Source of the DNA: the human T2T-CHM13v2.0 reference genome, Homo sapiens
Direction: 5' to 3' (one strand)
Assembly (NCBI RefSeq): GCF_009914755.1
Contig: NC_060928.1
DNA: 64,000 nucleotides
Part shown: positions 11,777-26,568 of the stretch, piece by piece
How positions within the stretch are numbered: the first letter of the stretch is position 1
Layout: each line of letters begins with the position of its first letter
Notes under the pieces: model-generated
Database searches by the model: none
Told to the model about the DNA's origin: nothing
The model's input: only the letters and a program-made list of their open reading frames with translations
Position numbers and translations under genes: made by a program

Positions 11777-12793
11777 CATTCTCAGAAACTTGTTTGTGAT
11801 GTGTGTATTCAACTAACAGAGTTGAACTTTTGTTTTTACAGAGCCGTTTTAAAACACTCTTTTTGTGGAATCAGAAAGTGGATATTCGGATGGCTCTGAG
11901 GATTTCGTTGGAAGCGGGATTACATATAAAATCTAGAGAGAAGCATTCTCAGGAACTTCTTTGTGATGTTTGCATTGAAGTCACAGAATTGAACATTCAC
12001 TTTGATAGAGCAGGTTTGAAACACTCATTCTGTAGTATCTGGAAGTGGACATTTCAAGCGCTTTCAGGCCTATGGTGAAAAAGGAAATATCTTCGAATAA
12101 AAACTAGACAGAAGCATCCTCAGAAACTTATTTGTGATGTGTGTCCTCAACTAACAGAGTTGAAACTTTGTTTTGATACAGCATTTTGGAAACACTCCTT
12201 TTGTAGAATCTGCAGGTGGATATGTGGATAGCTCTGAAGATTTCGTTGGAAACGGGAATTTCTTCATATAAAATCAAACAGAAGCATTCTCAGAAACTTC
12301 TCAGTGATGTTTGCATTCAGCTCATGGAGTTGAACACTTCCTTTCATAGAGCCGGTTTGAAACACTCTTTCTGCACTACCTGGAAGAGGACATTTCGAGC
12401 GCTTTGAGTCCTATGGTGAAAAAGGAAATATCTTCTCATAAAAACCAGAAAGAAGCATTCTCAGAAACTTCTTTGTGTTGTGTGTACTCATGTAACAGTG
12501 TTGAACCATCCTTTTGACAGAGCAGTTTTGAAACACTCTTTTTGTAGAATCTGCAAGTGGATATTTGGATAGCTTTGAGGATTTCGTTGGAAACGGGATG
12601 ACATATAATATCTAGAGAGAAGCATTCTCAGGAACTTCTTTGTGCTGTTTGCATTCAAGTCACAGAATTGAACATTCCCTTTCATAGAGCAGATTTGAAA
12701 CACTCTTTCTCTAGTATCTGGAAGTGGGCATTTCAAGCGCTTTCAGGCCTATTGAGAGAAAGGAAATACCTTCAAATAAAAACTAGACAGAAG
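11777..12793 (+). repeat. U6: 6-mer variant
   Basis: 1,017-bp spacing; m2 reads ggtgaAaaagg, m5 reads gaggAcattt. Confidence 0.93.
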
Positions 12794-15700
12794 CATTCTC
12801 AGAAACTTGTTTGTGATGTGTGTATTCAACTAACAGAGTTGAACTTTTGTTTTTACAGAGCCGTTTTAAAACACTCTTTTTGTGGAATCAGAAAGTGGAT
12901 ATTCGGATGGCTCTGAGGATTTCGTTGGAAGCGGGATTACATATAAAATCTAGAGAGAAGCATTCTCAGGAACTTCTTTGTGATGTTTGCATTGAAGTCA
13001 CAGAATTGAACATTCACTTTGATAGAGCAGGTTTGAAACACTCATTCTGTAGTATCTGGAAGTGGACATTTCAAGCGCTTTCAGGCCTATGGTGAGAAAG
13101 GAAATATCTTCGAATAAAAACTAGACAGAAGCATCCTCAGAAACTTATTTGTGATGTGTGTCCTCAACTAACAGAGTTGAAACTTTGTTTTGATACAGCA
13201 TTTTGGAAACACTCTTTTTGTAGAATCTGCAGGTGGATATTTGGATAGCTTAGAGGGATTCGTTGGAAAGGGGATATCTTCATATAAAATCTAGACAGAA
13301 GCATTCTCAGAAACTTATTTGTGATGTGTGTCCTCAACTAACAGAGTTGAACCTTGGTTTTGATACAGCATTTTGGAAACACTCCTTTTGTAGAATCTGC
13401 AGGTGGATATGTGGATAGCTCTGAAGATTTCGTTGGAAACGGGAATTTCTTCATATAAAATCAAACAGAAGCATTCTCAGAAACTTCTCAGTGATGTTTG
13501 CATTCAGCTCATGGAGTTGAACACTTCCTTTCATAGAGCCGGTTTGAAACACTCTTTCTGCACTACCTGGAAGAGGACATTTCGAGCGCTTTGAGTCCTA
13601 TGGTGAAAAAGGAAATATCTTCTCATAAAAACCAGAAAGAAGCATTCTCAGAAACTTCTTTGTGTTGTGTGTACTCATGTAACAGTGTTGAACCATCCTT
13701 TTGACAGAGCAGTTTTGAAACACTCTTTTTGTAGAATCTGCAAGTGGATATTTGGATAGCTTTGAGGATTTCGTTGGAAACGGGATGACATATAATATCT
13801 AGAGAGAAGCATTCTCAGGAACTTCTTTGTGATGTTTGCATTCAAGTCACAGAATTGAACATTCCCTTTCATAGAGCAGGTTTGAAACACTCTTTCTCTA
13901 GTATCTGGAAGTGGGCATTTCAAGCGCTTTCAGGCCTATGGAGAGAAAGGAAATACCTTCAAATAAAAACTAGACAGAAGCATTCTCAGAAACTTATTTG
14001 TGATGTGTGTCCTCAACTAACAGAGTTGAACCTTTGTTTTGATACAGCATTTTGGAAACACTCCTTTTGTAGAATCTGCAGGTGGATATTTGGATAACTT
14101 TGAAGATTTCGTTGGAAACCGGAATATCTTCATATAAAATCAAGACAGAAGCATTCTCGGAAACATCTCTGTGATGTTTGCATTCAACTCAGTAGAGTTG
14201 AACACTTCCTTTCATAGAGCAGGTTTGAAACACTCTTTCTGCACTACCTGGAAGCGGACATTTCGAGCGCTTTGAGGCCTATGGTGAAAAAGGAAATATC
14301 TTCTCATAAAAACCAGAAAGAAGCATTCTCAGAAACTTCTTTGTGTAGTGTGTACTCAAGTAACAGTGTTGAACCTTCCTTTTGACACAGCAGTTTTGAA
14401 ACACTCTTTTGGTAGAATCTGCAAGTGGATATTTGGATAGCTTTGAGGATTTCGTTGGAAACGGGTTATCTTCATATAAAATCCAGACAGGAGCATTCTC
14501 AGAAACTTCTTTGTGCTGCATGTCCTCAATTCACAGAGCTGAACCTTTGTTTGGATACAGCATTTTGGAAACATTCCTTTAGTAGAATCTGCAAGTTGAT
14601 ATTTAGATAGCTTTGAAGATTTCGTTGGAAACGGGAATATCTTCATAGAAAATCTAGACGGAAGCATTCTCAGAAACTGCTTTGTGATGTTTGCATTCAA
14701 GTCACAGAGTTGAATATTCCCTTTTATAGAGTAGGTTTGAAACACTCTTTCGGCACTACCTGGAAGTGGATATTTCGAGCTCTTTGAGGCCTATGGTTAA
14801 AAGGAAATATCTTCCCATAAAAACTAGACAGAAGCCGTCTCAGAAACTTGTTTGTGATGTGTGTATTCAACTACCAGAGTTGAACATTTCTGTTACAGAG
14901 CAATTTTAAAACACTCTTTTTGTGGAATCTGAAAGTGGATAATTGGATAGCTTTGTGGATTTCGTTGGAAACGGGATGACGTATAAAATCTAGAGAGAAG
15001 CATTCTCAGGAACTTCTTTGTGATGTTTGCATTCAAGTCACAGAATTGAACATTCCTTTTCATAGTGCAGGTTTGAAACACTCTTTCTGTAGTATCTGGA
15101 AGTGGACATTTCAAGCGCTTTCAGGCCTACGGGGAGAAAGGAAATATCTTCAAATAAAAACTAGACAGAAGGATTCTCAGAAACTTATTTGTGATGTGTG
15201 TCCTAAACGAACACAGTTGAACCTTTGTTTTGATACAGCATTTTGGAAACACTCCTTTTGTAGGATCTGCAGGTGGATATTTGGATAGATTTTAAGATTT
15301 CGTTGGAAACGGGAGTTTCTTCATAGAAACTCAAGACAGATGCATTCTCAGAAACATCTCTGTGATGTTTGCATTCCACTCATAGAGTTGAAAACTTCCT
15401 TTCATAGAGCAGGTTTGAAACACTCTTTTTGTAATATTTGGAAGTGGACATTTGCAGCGCTTTGAGGCCTATGGTGAAAAAGGAAATATCTTCTCATAAA
15501 AACCAGAAACAAGCATTCTCAGAAACTTCTTTTTGATGTGTGTACTCAAGTAACAGAGTTGAACCTTCCTTTTGACACAGCAGTTTTGAAACAATCTTTT
15601 TGTAGAATCTGCAAGTGGATATTTGGATAGCTTTGAGGATTTCGTTGGAAACGGGATATCTTCATATAAAATCTAGACAGAAGCATTCTCAGAAACTTCT

Positions 15701-16025
15701 TTGTGCTGTATGTCCTCAATTAACAGAGTTGAACCATTGCTTGGATACAGCATTTTGGAAACATTCCTTGAGTAGAATCTGCAAGTTGATATTTAGATAG
15801 ATTTGAAGATTTCGTTGGAAAAGGGAATATCTCCATATAAAATCTAGAGGGAAGCATTCTCAGAAACTGCTTTGTGATGTTTCCATTCAAGTCACAGAGT
15901 TGAATATTCCCTTTTATAGAGCACGTTTGAAACACTGTTTCTGCACTATCTGGAAGTGGACATTTCGAGCGCTTTGAGGCCTATGGTGAAAAAGGAAATA
16001 TCTTCCCATAAAAACTAGACAGAAG
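12794..16025 (+). repeat. U7: 19-mer HOR, haplotype F
   Basis: 3,232-bp spacing; markers A14347, G15937. Confidence 0.95.
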
Positions 16026-19000
16026 CATTCTCAGAAACTTGTTTGTGATGTGTGTATTCAACTAACAGAGTTGAACTTTTGTTTTTACAGAGCCGTTTTA
16101 AAACACTCTTTTTGTGGAATCAGAAAGTGGATATTCGGATGGCTCTGAGGATTTCGTTGGAAGCGGGATTACATATAAAATCTAGAGAGAAGCATTCTCA
16201 GGAACTTCTTTGTGATGTTTGCATTGAAGTCACAGAATTGAACATTCACTTTGATAGAGCAGGTTTGAAACACTCATTCTGTAGTATCTGGAAGTGGACA
16301 TTTCAAGCGCTTTCAGGCCTATGGTGAGAAAGGAAATATCTTCGAATAAAAACTAGACAGAAGCATCCTCAGAAACTTATTTGTGATGTGTGTCCTCAAC
16401 TAACAGAGTTGAAACTTTGTTTTGATACAGCATTTTGGAAACACTCTTTTTGTAGAATCTGCAGGTGGATATTTGGATAGCTTAGAGGGATTCGTTGGAA
16501 AGGGGATATCTTCATATAAAATCTAGACAGAAGCATTCTCAGAAACTTATTTGTGATGTGTGTCCTCAACTAACAGAGATGAACCTTGGTTTTGATACAG
16601 CATTTTGGAAACGCTCCTTTTGTAGAATCTGCAGGTGGATATGTGGATAGCTCTGAAGATTTCGTTGGAAACGGGAATTTCTTCATATAAAATCAAACAG
16701 AAGCATTCTCAGAAACTTCTCAGTGATGTTTGCATTCAGCTCATGGAGTTGAACACTTCCTTTCATAGAGCCGGTTTGAAACACTCTTTCTGCACTACCT
16801 GGAAGAGGACATTTCGAGCGCTTTGAGTCCTATGGTGAAAAAGGAAATATCTTCTCATAAAAACCAGAAAGAAGCATTCTCAGAAACTTCTTTGTGTTGT
16901 GTGTACTCATGTAACAGTGTTGAACCATCCTTTTGACAGAGCAGTTTTGAAACACTCTTTTTGTAGAATCTGCAAGTGGATATTTGGATAGCTTTGAGGA
17001 TTTCGTTGGAAACGGGATGACATATAATATCTAGAGAGAAGCATTCTCAGGAACTTCTTTGTGATGTTTGCATTCAAGTCACAGAATTGAACATTCCCTT
17101 TCATAGAGCAGGTTTGAAACACTCTTTCTCTAGTATCTGGAAGTGGGCATTTCAAGCGCTTTCAGGCCTATGGAGAGAAAGGAAATACCTTCAAATAAAA
17201 ACTAGACAGAAGCATTCTCAGAAACTTATTTGTGATGTGTGTCCTCAACTAACAGAGTTGAACCTTTGTTTTGATACAGCATTTTGGAAACACTCCTTTT
17301 GTAGAATCTGCAGGTGGATATTTGGATAACTTTGAAGATTTCGTTGGAAACCGGAATATCTTCATATAAAATCAAGACAGAAGCATTCTCGGAAACATCT
17401 CTGTGATGTTTGCATTCAACTCAGTAGAGTTGAACACTTCCTTTCATAGAGCAGGTTTGAAACACTCTTTCTGCACTACCTGGAAGCGGACATTTCGAGC
17501 GCTTTGAGGCCTATGGTGAAAAAGGAAATATCTTCTCATAAAAACCAGAAAGAAGCATTCTCAGAAACTTCTTTGTGTTGTGTGTACTCAAGTAACAGTG
17601 TTGAACCTTCCTTTTGACACAGCAGTTTTGAAACACTCTTTTGGTAGAATCTGCAAGTGGATATTTGGATAGCTTTGAGGATTTCGTTGGAAACGGGTTA
17701 TCTTCATATAAAATCCAGACAGGAGCATTCTCAGAAACTTCTTTGTGCTGCATGTCCTCAATTCACAGAGCTGAACCTTTGTTTGGATACAGCATTTTGG
17801 AAACATTCCTTTAGTAGAATCTGCAAGTTGATATTTAGATAGCTTTGAAGATTTCGTTGGAAACGGGAATATCTTCATAGAAAATCTAGACGGAAGCATT
17901 CTCAGAAACTGCTTTGTGATGTTTGCATTCAAGTCACAGAGTTGAATATTCCCTTTTATAGAGTAGGTTTGAAACACTCTTTCGGCACTACCTGGAAGTG
18001 GATATTTCGAGCTCTTTGAGGCCTATGGTTAAAAGGAAATATCTTCCCATAAAAACTAGACAGAAGCCGTCTCAGAAACTTGTTTGTGATGTGTGTATTC
18101 AACTACCAGAGTTGAACATTTCTGTTACAGAGCAATTTTAAAACACTCTTTTTGTGGAATCTGAAAGTGGATAATTGGATAGCTTTGTGGATTTCGTTGG
18201 AAACGGGATGACGTATAAAATCTAGAGAGAAGCATTCTCAGGAACTTCTTTCTGATGTTTGCATTCAAGTCACAGAATTGAACATTCCTTTTCATAGTGC
18301 AGGTTTGAAACACTCTTTCTGTAGTATCTGGAAGTGGACATTTCAAGCGCTTTCAGGCCTACGGGGAGAAAGGAAATATCTTCAAATAAAAACTAGACAG
18401 AAGGATTCTCAGAAACTTATTTGTGATGTGTGTCCTAAACGAACACAGTTGAACCTTTGTTTTGATACAGCATTTTGGAAACACTCCTTTTGTAGGATCT
18501 GCAGGTGGATATTTGGATAGATTTTAAGATTTCGTTGGAAACGGGAGTTTCTTCATAGAAACTCAAGACAGATGCATTCTCAGAAACATCTCTGTGATGT
18601 TTGCATTCCACTCATAGAGTTGAAAACTTCCTTTCATAGAGCAGGTTTGAAACACTCTTTTTGTAATATTTGGAAGTGGACATTTGCAGCGCTTTGAGGC
18701 CTATGGTGAAAAAGGAAATATCTTCTCATAAAAACCAGAAACAAGCATTCTCAGAAACTTCTTTTTGATGTGTGTACTCAAGTAACAGAGTTGAACCTTC
18801 CTTTTGACACAGCAGTTTTGAAACAATCTTTTTGTAGAATCTGCAAGTGGATATTTGGATAGCTTTGAGGATTTCGTTGGAAACGAGATATCTTCATATA
18901 AAATCTAGACAGAAGCATTCTCAGAAACTTCTTTGTGCTGTATGTCCTCAATTAACAGAGTTGAACCATTGCTTGGATACAGCATTTTGGAAACATTCCT

Positions 19001-19257
19001 TGAGTAGAATCTGCAAGTTGATATTTAGATAGATTTGAAGATTTCGTTGGAAAAGGGAATATCTCCATAGAAAATCTAGAGGGAAGCATTCTCAGAAACT
19101 GCTTTGTGATGTTTCCATTCAAGTCACAGAGTTGAATATTCCCTTTTATAGAGCACGTTTGAAACACTCTTTCTGCACTATCTGGAAGTGGACATTTCGA
19201 GCGCTTTGAGGCCTATGGTGAAAAAGGAAATATCTTCCCATAAAAACTAGACAGAAG
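16026..19257 (+). repeat. U8: 19-mer HOR, haplotype F
   Basis: 3,232-bp spacing; markers A16579, A18886. Confidence 0.95.
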
Positions 19258-20274
19258 CATTCTCAGAAACTTGTTTGTGATGTGTGTATTCAACTAACAG
19301 AGTTGAACTTTTGTTTTTACAGAGCCGTTTTAAAACACTCTTTTTGTGGAATCAGAAAGTGGATATTCGGATGGCTCTGAGGATTTCGTTGGAAGCGGGA
19401 TTACATATAAAATCTAGAGAGAAGCATTCTCAGGAACTTCTTTGTGATGTTTGCATTGAAGTCACAGAATTGAACATTCACTTTGATAGAGCAGGTTTGA
19501 AACACTCATTCTGTAGTATCTGGAAGTGGACATTTCAAGCGCTTTCAGGCCTATGGTGAGAAAGGAAATATCTTCGAATAAAAACTAGACAGAAGCATCC
19601 TCAGAAACTTATTTGTGATGTGTGTCCTCAACTAACAGAGTTGAAACTTTGTTTTGATACAGCATTTTGGAAACACTCCTTTTGTAGAATCTGCAGGTGG
19701 ATATGTGGATAGCTCTGAAGATTTCGTTGGAAACGGGAATTTCTTCATATAAAATCAAACAGAAGCATTCTCAGAAACTTCTCAGTGATGTTTGCATTCA
19801 GCTCATGGAGTTGAACACTTCCTTTCATAGAGCCGGTTTGAAACACTCTTTCTGCACTACCTGGAAGAGGCCATTTCGAGCGCTTTGAGTCCTATGGTGA
19901 AAAAGGAAATATCTTCTCATAAAAACCAGAAAGAAGCATTCTCAGAAACTTCTTTGTGTTGTGTGTACTCATGTAACAGTGTTGAACCATCCTTTTGACA
20001 GAGCAGTTTTGAAACACTCTTTTTGTAGAATCTCCAAGTGGATATTTGGATAGCTTTGAGGATTTCGTTGGAAACGGGATGACATATAATATCTAGAGAG
20101 AAGCATTCTCAGGAACTTCTTTTTGCTGTTTGCATTCAAGTCACAGAATTGAACATTCCCTTTCATAGAGCAGATTTGAAACACTCTTTCTCTAGTATCT
20201 GGAAGTGGGCATTTCAAGCGCTTTCAGGCCTATTGAGAGAAAGGAAATACCTTCAAATAAAAACTAGACAGAAG
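19258..20274 (+). repeat. U9: 6-mer variant
   Basis: 1,017-bp spacing; private C20034. Confidence 0.93.
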
Positions 20275-23200
20275 CATTCTCAGAAACTTGTTTGTGATGT
20301 GTGTATTCAACTAACAGAGTTGAACTTTTGTTTTTACAGAGCCGTTTTAAAACACTCTTTTTGTGGAATCAGAAAGTGGATATTCGGATGGCTCTGAGGA
20401 TTTCGTTGGAAGCGGGATTACATATAAAATCTAGAGGGAAGCATTCTCAGGAACTTCTTTGTGATGTTTGCATTGAAGTCACAGAATTGAACATTCACTT
20501 TGATAGAGCAGGTTTGAAACACTCATTCTGTAGTATCTGGAAGTGGACATTTCAAGCGCTTTCAGGCCTATGGTGAGAAAGGAAATATCTTCGAATAAAA
20601 ACTAGACAGAAGCATCCTCAGAAACTTATTTGTGATGTGTGTCCTCAACTAACAGAGTTGAAACTTTGTTTTGATACAGCATTTTGGAAACACTCTTTTT
20701 GTAGAGTCTGCAGGTGGATATTTGGATAGCTTAGAGGGATTCGTTGGAAAGGGGATATCTTCATATAAAATCTAGACAGAAGCATTCTCAGAAACTTATT
20801 TGTGATGTGTGTCCTCAACTAACAGAGTTGAACCTTGGTTTTGATACAGCATTTTGGAAACGCTCCTTTTGTAGAATCTGCAGGTGGATATGTGGATAGC
20901 TCTGAAGATTTCGTTGGAAACGGGAATTTCTTCATATAAAATCAAACAGAAGCATTCTCAGAAACTTCTCAGTGATGTTTGCATTCAGCTCATGGAGTTG
21001 AACACTTCCTTTCATAGAGCCGGTTTGAAACACTCTTTCTGCACTACCTGGAAGAGGACATTTCGAGCGCTTTGAGTCCTATGGTGAAAAAGGAAATATC
21101 TTCTCATAAAAACCAGAAAGAAGCATTCTCAGAAACTTCTTTGTGTTGTGTGTACTCATGTAACAGTGTTGAACCATCCTTTTGACAGAGCAGTTTTGAA
21201 ACACTCTTTTTGTAGAATCTGCAAGTGGATATTTGGATAGCTTTGAGGATTTCGTTGGAAACGGGATGACATATAATATCTAGAGAGAAGCATACTCAGG
21301 AACTTCTTTGTGATGTTTGCATTCAAGTCACAGAATTGAACATTCCCTTTCATAGAGCAGGTTTGAAACACTCTTTCTCTAGTATCTGGAAGTGGGCATT
21401 TCAAGCGCTTTCAGGCCTATGGAGAGAAAGGAAATACCTTCAAATAAAAACTAGACAGAAGCATTCTCAGAAACTTATTTGTGATGTGTGTCCTCAACTA
21501 ACAGAGTTGAACCTTTGTTTTGATACAGCATTTTGGAAACACTCCTTTTGTAGAATCTGCAGGTGGATATTTGGATAACTTTGAAGATTTCGTTGGAAAC
21601 CGGAATATCTTCATATAAAATCAAGACAGAAGCATTCTCGGAAACATCTCTGTGATGTTTGCATTCAACTCAGTAGAGTTGAACACTTCCTTTCATAGAG
21701 CCGGTTTGAAACACTCTTTCTGCACTACCTGGAAGCGGACATTTCGAGCGCTTTGAGGCCTATGGTGAAAAAGGAAATATCTTCTCATAAAAACCAGAAA
21801 GAAGCATTCTCAGAAACTTCTTTGTGTTGTGTGTACTCAAGTAACAGTGTTGAACCTTCCTTTTGACACAGCAGTTTTGAAACACTCTTTTGGTAGAATC
21901 TGCAAGTGGATATTTGGATAGCTTTGAGGATTTCGTTGGAAACGGGTTATCTTCATATAAAATCCAGACAGGAGCATTCTCAGAAACTTCTTTGTGCTGC
22001 ATGTCCTCAATTCACAGAGCTGAACCTTTGTTTGGATACAGCATTTTGGAAACATTCCTTTAGTAGAATCTGCAAGTTGATATTTAGATAGCTTTGAAGA
22101 TTTCGTTGGAAACGGGAATATCTTCATAGAAAATCTAGACGGAAGCATTCTCAGAAACTGCTTTGTGATGTTTGCATTCAAGTCACAGAGTTGAATATTC
22201 CCTTTTATAGAGTAGGTTTGAAACACTCTTTCGGCACTACCTGGAAGTGGATATTTCGAGCTCTTTGAGGCCTATGGTTAAAAGGAAATATCTTCCCATA
22301 AAAACTAGACAGAAGCCGTCTCAGAAACTTGTTTGTGATGTGTGTATTCAACTACCAGAGTTGAACATTTCTGTTACAGAGCAATTTTAAAACACTCTTT
22401 TTGTGGAATCTGAAAGTGGATAATTGGATAGCTTTGTGGATTTCGTTGGAAACGGGATGACGTATAAAATCTAGAGAGAAGCATTCTCAGGAACTTCTTT
22501 GTGATGTTTGCATTCAAGTCACAGAATTGAACATTCCTTTTCATAGTGCAGGTTTGAAACACTCTTTCTGTAGTATCTGGAAGTGGACATTTCAAGCGCT
22601 TTCAGGCCTACGGGGAGAAAGGAAATATCTTCAAATAAAAACTAGACAGAAGGATTCTCAGAAACTTATTTGTGATGTGTGTCCTAAACGAACACAGTTG
22701 AACCTTTGTTTAGATACAGCATTTTGGAAACACTCCTTTTGTAGGATCTGCAGGTGGATATTTGGATAGATTTTAAGATTTCGTTGGAAACGGGAGTTTC
22801 TTCATAGAAACTCAAGACAGATGCATTCTCAGAAACATCTCTGTGATGTTTGCATTCCACTCATAGAGTTGAAAACTTCCTTTCATAGAGCAGGTTTGAA
22901 ACACTCTTTTTGTAATATTTGGAAGTGGACATTTGCAGCGCTTTGAGGCCTATGGTGAAAAAGGAAATATCTTCTCATAAAAACCAGAAACAAGCATTCT
23001 CAGAAACTTCTTTTTGATGTGTGTACTCAAGTAACAGAGTTGAACCTTCCTTTTGACACAGCAGTTTTGAAACAATCTTTTTGTAGAATCTGCAAGTGGA
23101 TATTTGGATAGCTTTGAGGATTTCGTTGGAAACGGGATATCTTCATATAAAATCTAGACAGAAGCATTCTCAGAAACTTCTTTGTGCTGTATGTCCTCAA

Positions 23201-23506
23201 TTAACAGAGTTGAACCATTGCTTGGATACAGCATTTTGGAAACATTCCTTTAGTAGAATCTGCAAGTTGATATTTAGATAGATTTGGAGATTTCGTTGGA
23301 AAAGGGAATATCTCCATATAAAATCTAGACGGAAGCATTCTCAGAAACTGCTTTGTGATGTTTCCATTCAAGTCACAGAGTTGAATATTCCCTTTTATAG
23401 AGCACGTTTGAAACACTCTTTCTGCACTATCTGGAAGTGGACATTTCGAGCGCTTTGAGGCCTATGGTGAAAAAGGAAATATCTTCCCATAAAAATTAGA
23501 CAGAAG
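20275..23506 (+). repeat. U10: 19-mer HOR, haplotype L, with private SNPs
   Basis: 3,232-bp spacing; G20437, G20706, A21294, T23251, G23287. Confidence 0.95.
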
Positions 23507-26500
23507 CATTCTCAGAAACTTGTTTGTGATGTGTGTATTCAACTAACAGAGTTGAACTTTTGTTTTTACAGAGCCGTTTTAAAACACTCTTTTTGTGGAA
23601 TCAGAAAGTGGATATTCGGATGGCTCTGAGGATTTCGTTGGAAGCGGGATTACATATAAAATCTAGAGAGAAGCATTCTCAGGAACTTCTTTGTGATGTT
23701 TGCATTGAAGTCACAGAATTGAACATTCACTTTGATAGAGCAGGTTTGAAACACTCATTCTGTAGTATCTGGAAGTGGACATTTCAAGCGCTTTCAGGCC
23801 TATGGTGAAAAAGGAAATATCTTCGAATAAAAACTAGACAGAAGCATCCTCAGAAACTTATTTGTGATGTGTGTCCTCAACTAACAGAGTTGAACCTTGG
23901 TTTTGATACAGCATTTTGGAAACACTCCTTTTGTAGAATCTGCAGGTGGATATGTGGATAGCTCTGAAGATTTCGTTGGAAACGGGAATTTCTTCATATA
24001 AAATCAAACAGAAGCATTCTCAGAAACTTCTCAGTGATGTTTGCATTCAGCTCATGGAGTTGAACACTTCCTTTCATAGAGCCGATTTGAAACACTCTTT
24101 CTGCACTACCTGGAAGAGGCCATTTCGAGCGCTTTGAGTCCTATGGTGAAAAAGGAAATATCTTCTCATAAAAACCAGAAAGTAGCATTCTCAGAAACTT
24201 CTTTGTGTTGTGTGTACTCATGTAACAGTGTTGAACCATCCTTTTGACAGAGCAGTTTTGAAACACTCTTTTTGTAGAATCTGCAAGTGGATATTTGGAT
24301 AGCTTTGAGGATTTCGTTGGAAACGGGATGACATATAATATCTAGAGAGAAGCATTCTCAGGAACTTCTTTGTGCTGTTTGCATTCAAGTCACAGAATTG
24401 AACATTCCCTTTCATAGAGCAGATTTGAAACACTCTTTCTCTAGTATCTGGAAGTGGGCATTTCAAGCGCTTTCAGGCCTATTGAGAGAAAGGAAATACC
24501 TTCAAATAAAAACTAGACAGAAGCATTCTCAGAAACTTATTTGTGATGTGTGTCCTCAACTAACAGAGTTGAACCTTTGTTTTGATACAGCATTTTGGAA
24601 ACACTCCTTTTGTAGAATCTGCAGGTGGATATTTGGATAGCTTTGAAGATTTCGTTGGAAACCGGAATATCTTCATATAAAATCAAGACAGAAGCATTCT
24701 CGGAAACATCTCTGTGATGTTTGCATTCAACTCAGTAGAGTTGAACACTTCCTTTCATAGAGCCGGTTTGAAACACTCTTTCTGCACTACCTGGAAGCGG
24801 ACATTTCGAGCGCTTTGAGGCCTATGGTGAAAAAGGAAATATCTTCTCATAAAAACCAGAAAGAAGCATTCTCAGAAACTTCTTTGTGTTGTGTGTACTC
24901 AAGTAACAATGTTGAACTTTCCTTTTGACACAGCAGTTTTGAAACACTCTTTTGGTAGAATCTGCAAGTGGATATTTGGATAGCTTTGAGGATTTCGTTG
25001 GAAACGGGTTATCTTCATATAAAATCCAGACAGGAGCATTCTCAGAAACTTCTTTGTGCTGCATGTCCTCAATTCACAGAGCTGAACCTTTGTTTGGATA
25101 CAGCATTTTGGAAACATTCCTTTAGTAGAATCTGCAAGTTGATATTTAGATAGCTTTGAAGATTTCGTTGGAAACGGGAATATCTTCATAGAAAATCTAG
25201 ACGGAAGCATTCTCAGAAACTGCTTTGTGATGTTTGCATTCAAGTCACAGAGTTGAATATTCCCTTTTATAGAGTAGGTTTGAAACACTCTTTCGGCACT
25301 ACCTGGAAGTGGATATTTCGAGCTCTTTGAGGCCTATGGTTAAAAGGAAATATCTTCCCATAAAAACTAGACAGAAGCCGTCTCAGAAACTTGTTTGTGA
25401 TGTGTGTATTCAACTAACAGAGTTGAACATTTCTGTTACAGAGCAATTTTAAAACACTCTTTTTGTGGAATCTGAAAGTGGATAATTGGATAGCTTTGTG
25501 GATTTCGTTGGAAACGGGATGACGTATAAAATCTAGATTGAAGCATTCTCAGGAACTTCTTTCTGATGTTTGCATTCAAGTCACAGAATTGAACATTCCT
25601 TTTCATAGTGCAGGTTTGAAACACTCTTTCTGTAGTATCTGGAAGTGGACATTTCAAGCGCTTTCAGGCCTACGGGGAGAAAGGAAATATCTTCAAATAA
25701 AAACTAGATAGAAGGATTCTCAGAAACTTATTTGTGATGTGTGTCCTAAACGAACACAGTTGAACCTTTGTTTTGATACAGCATTTTGGAAACACTCCTT
25801 TTGTAGGATCTGCAGGTGGATATTTGGATAGATTTTAAGATTTCGTTGGAAACGGGAGTTTCTTCATAGAAACTCAAGACAGATGCATTCTCAGAAACAT
25901 CTCTGTGATGTTTGCCTTCCACTCATAGATTTGAAAACTTCCTTTCATAGAGCAGGTTTGAAACACTCTTTTTGTAATATTTGGAAGTGGACATTTGCAG
26001 CGCTTTGAGGCCTATGGTGAAAAAGGAAATATCTTCTCATAAAAACCAGAAACAAGCATTCTCAGAAACTTCTTTTTGATGTGTGTACTCAAGTAACAGA
26101 GTTGAACCTTCCTTTTGACACAGCAGTTTTGAAACAATCTTTTTGTAGAATCTGCAAGTGGATATTTGGATAGCTTTGAGGATTTCGTTGGAAACGGGAT
26201 ATCTTCATATAAAATCTAGACAGAAGCATTCTCAGAAACTTCTTTGTGCTGTATGTCCTCAATTAACAGAGTTGAACCATTGCTTGGATACAGCATTTTG
26301 GAAACATTCCTTGAGTAGAATCTGCAAGTTGATATTTAGATAGATTTGAAGATTTCGTTGGAAAAGGGAATATCTCCATATAAAATCTAGAGGGAAGCAT
26401 TCTCAGAAACTGCTTTGTGATGTTTCCATTCAAGTCACAGAGTTGAATATTCCCTTTTATAGAGCACGTTTGAAACACTCTTTCTGCACTATCTGGAAGT

Positions 26501-26568
26501 GGACATTTCGAGCGCTTTGAGGCCTATGGTGAAAAAGGAAATATCTTCCCATAAAAACTAGACAGAAG
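23507..26568 (+). repeat. U11: 18-mer variant (m3/m4 fused; 3,062 bp)
   Basis: Marker spacing 23533 to 26595 equals 3232 minus 170. Confidence 0.93.
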
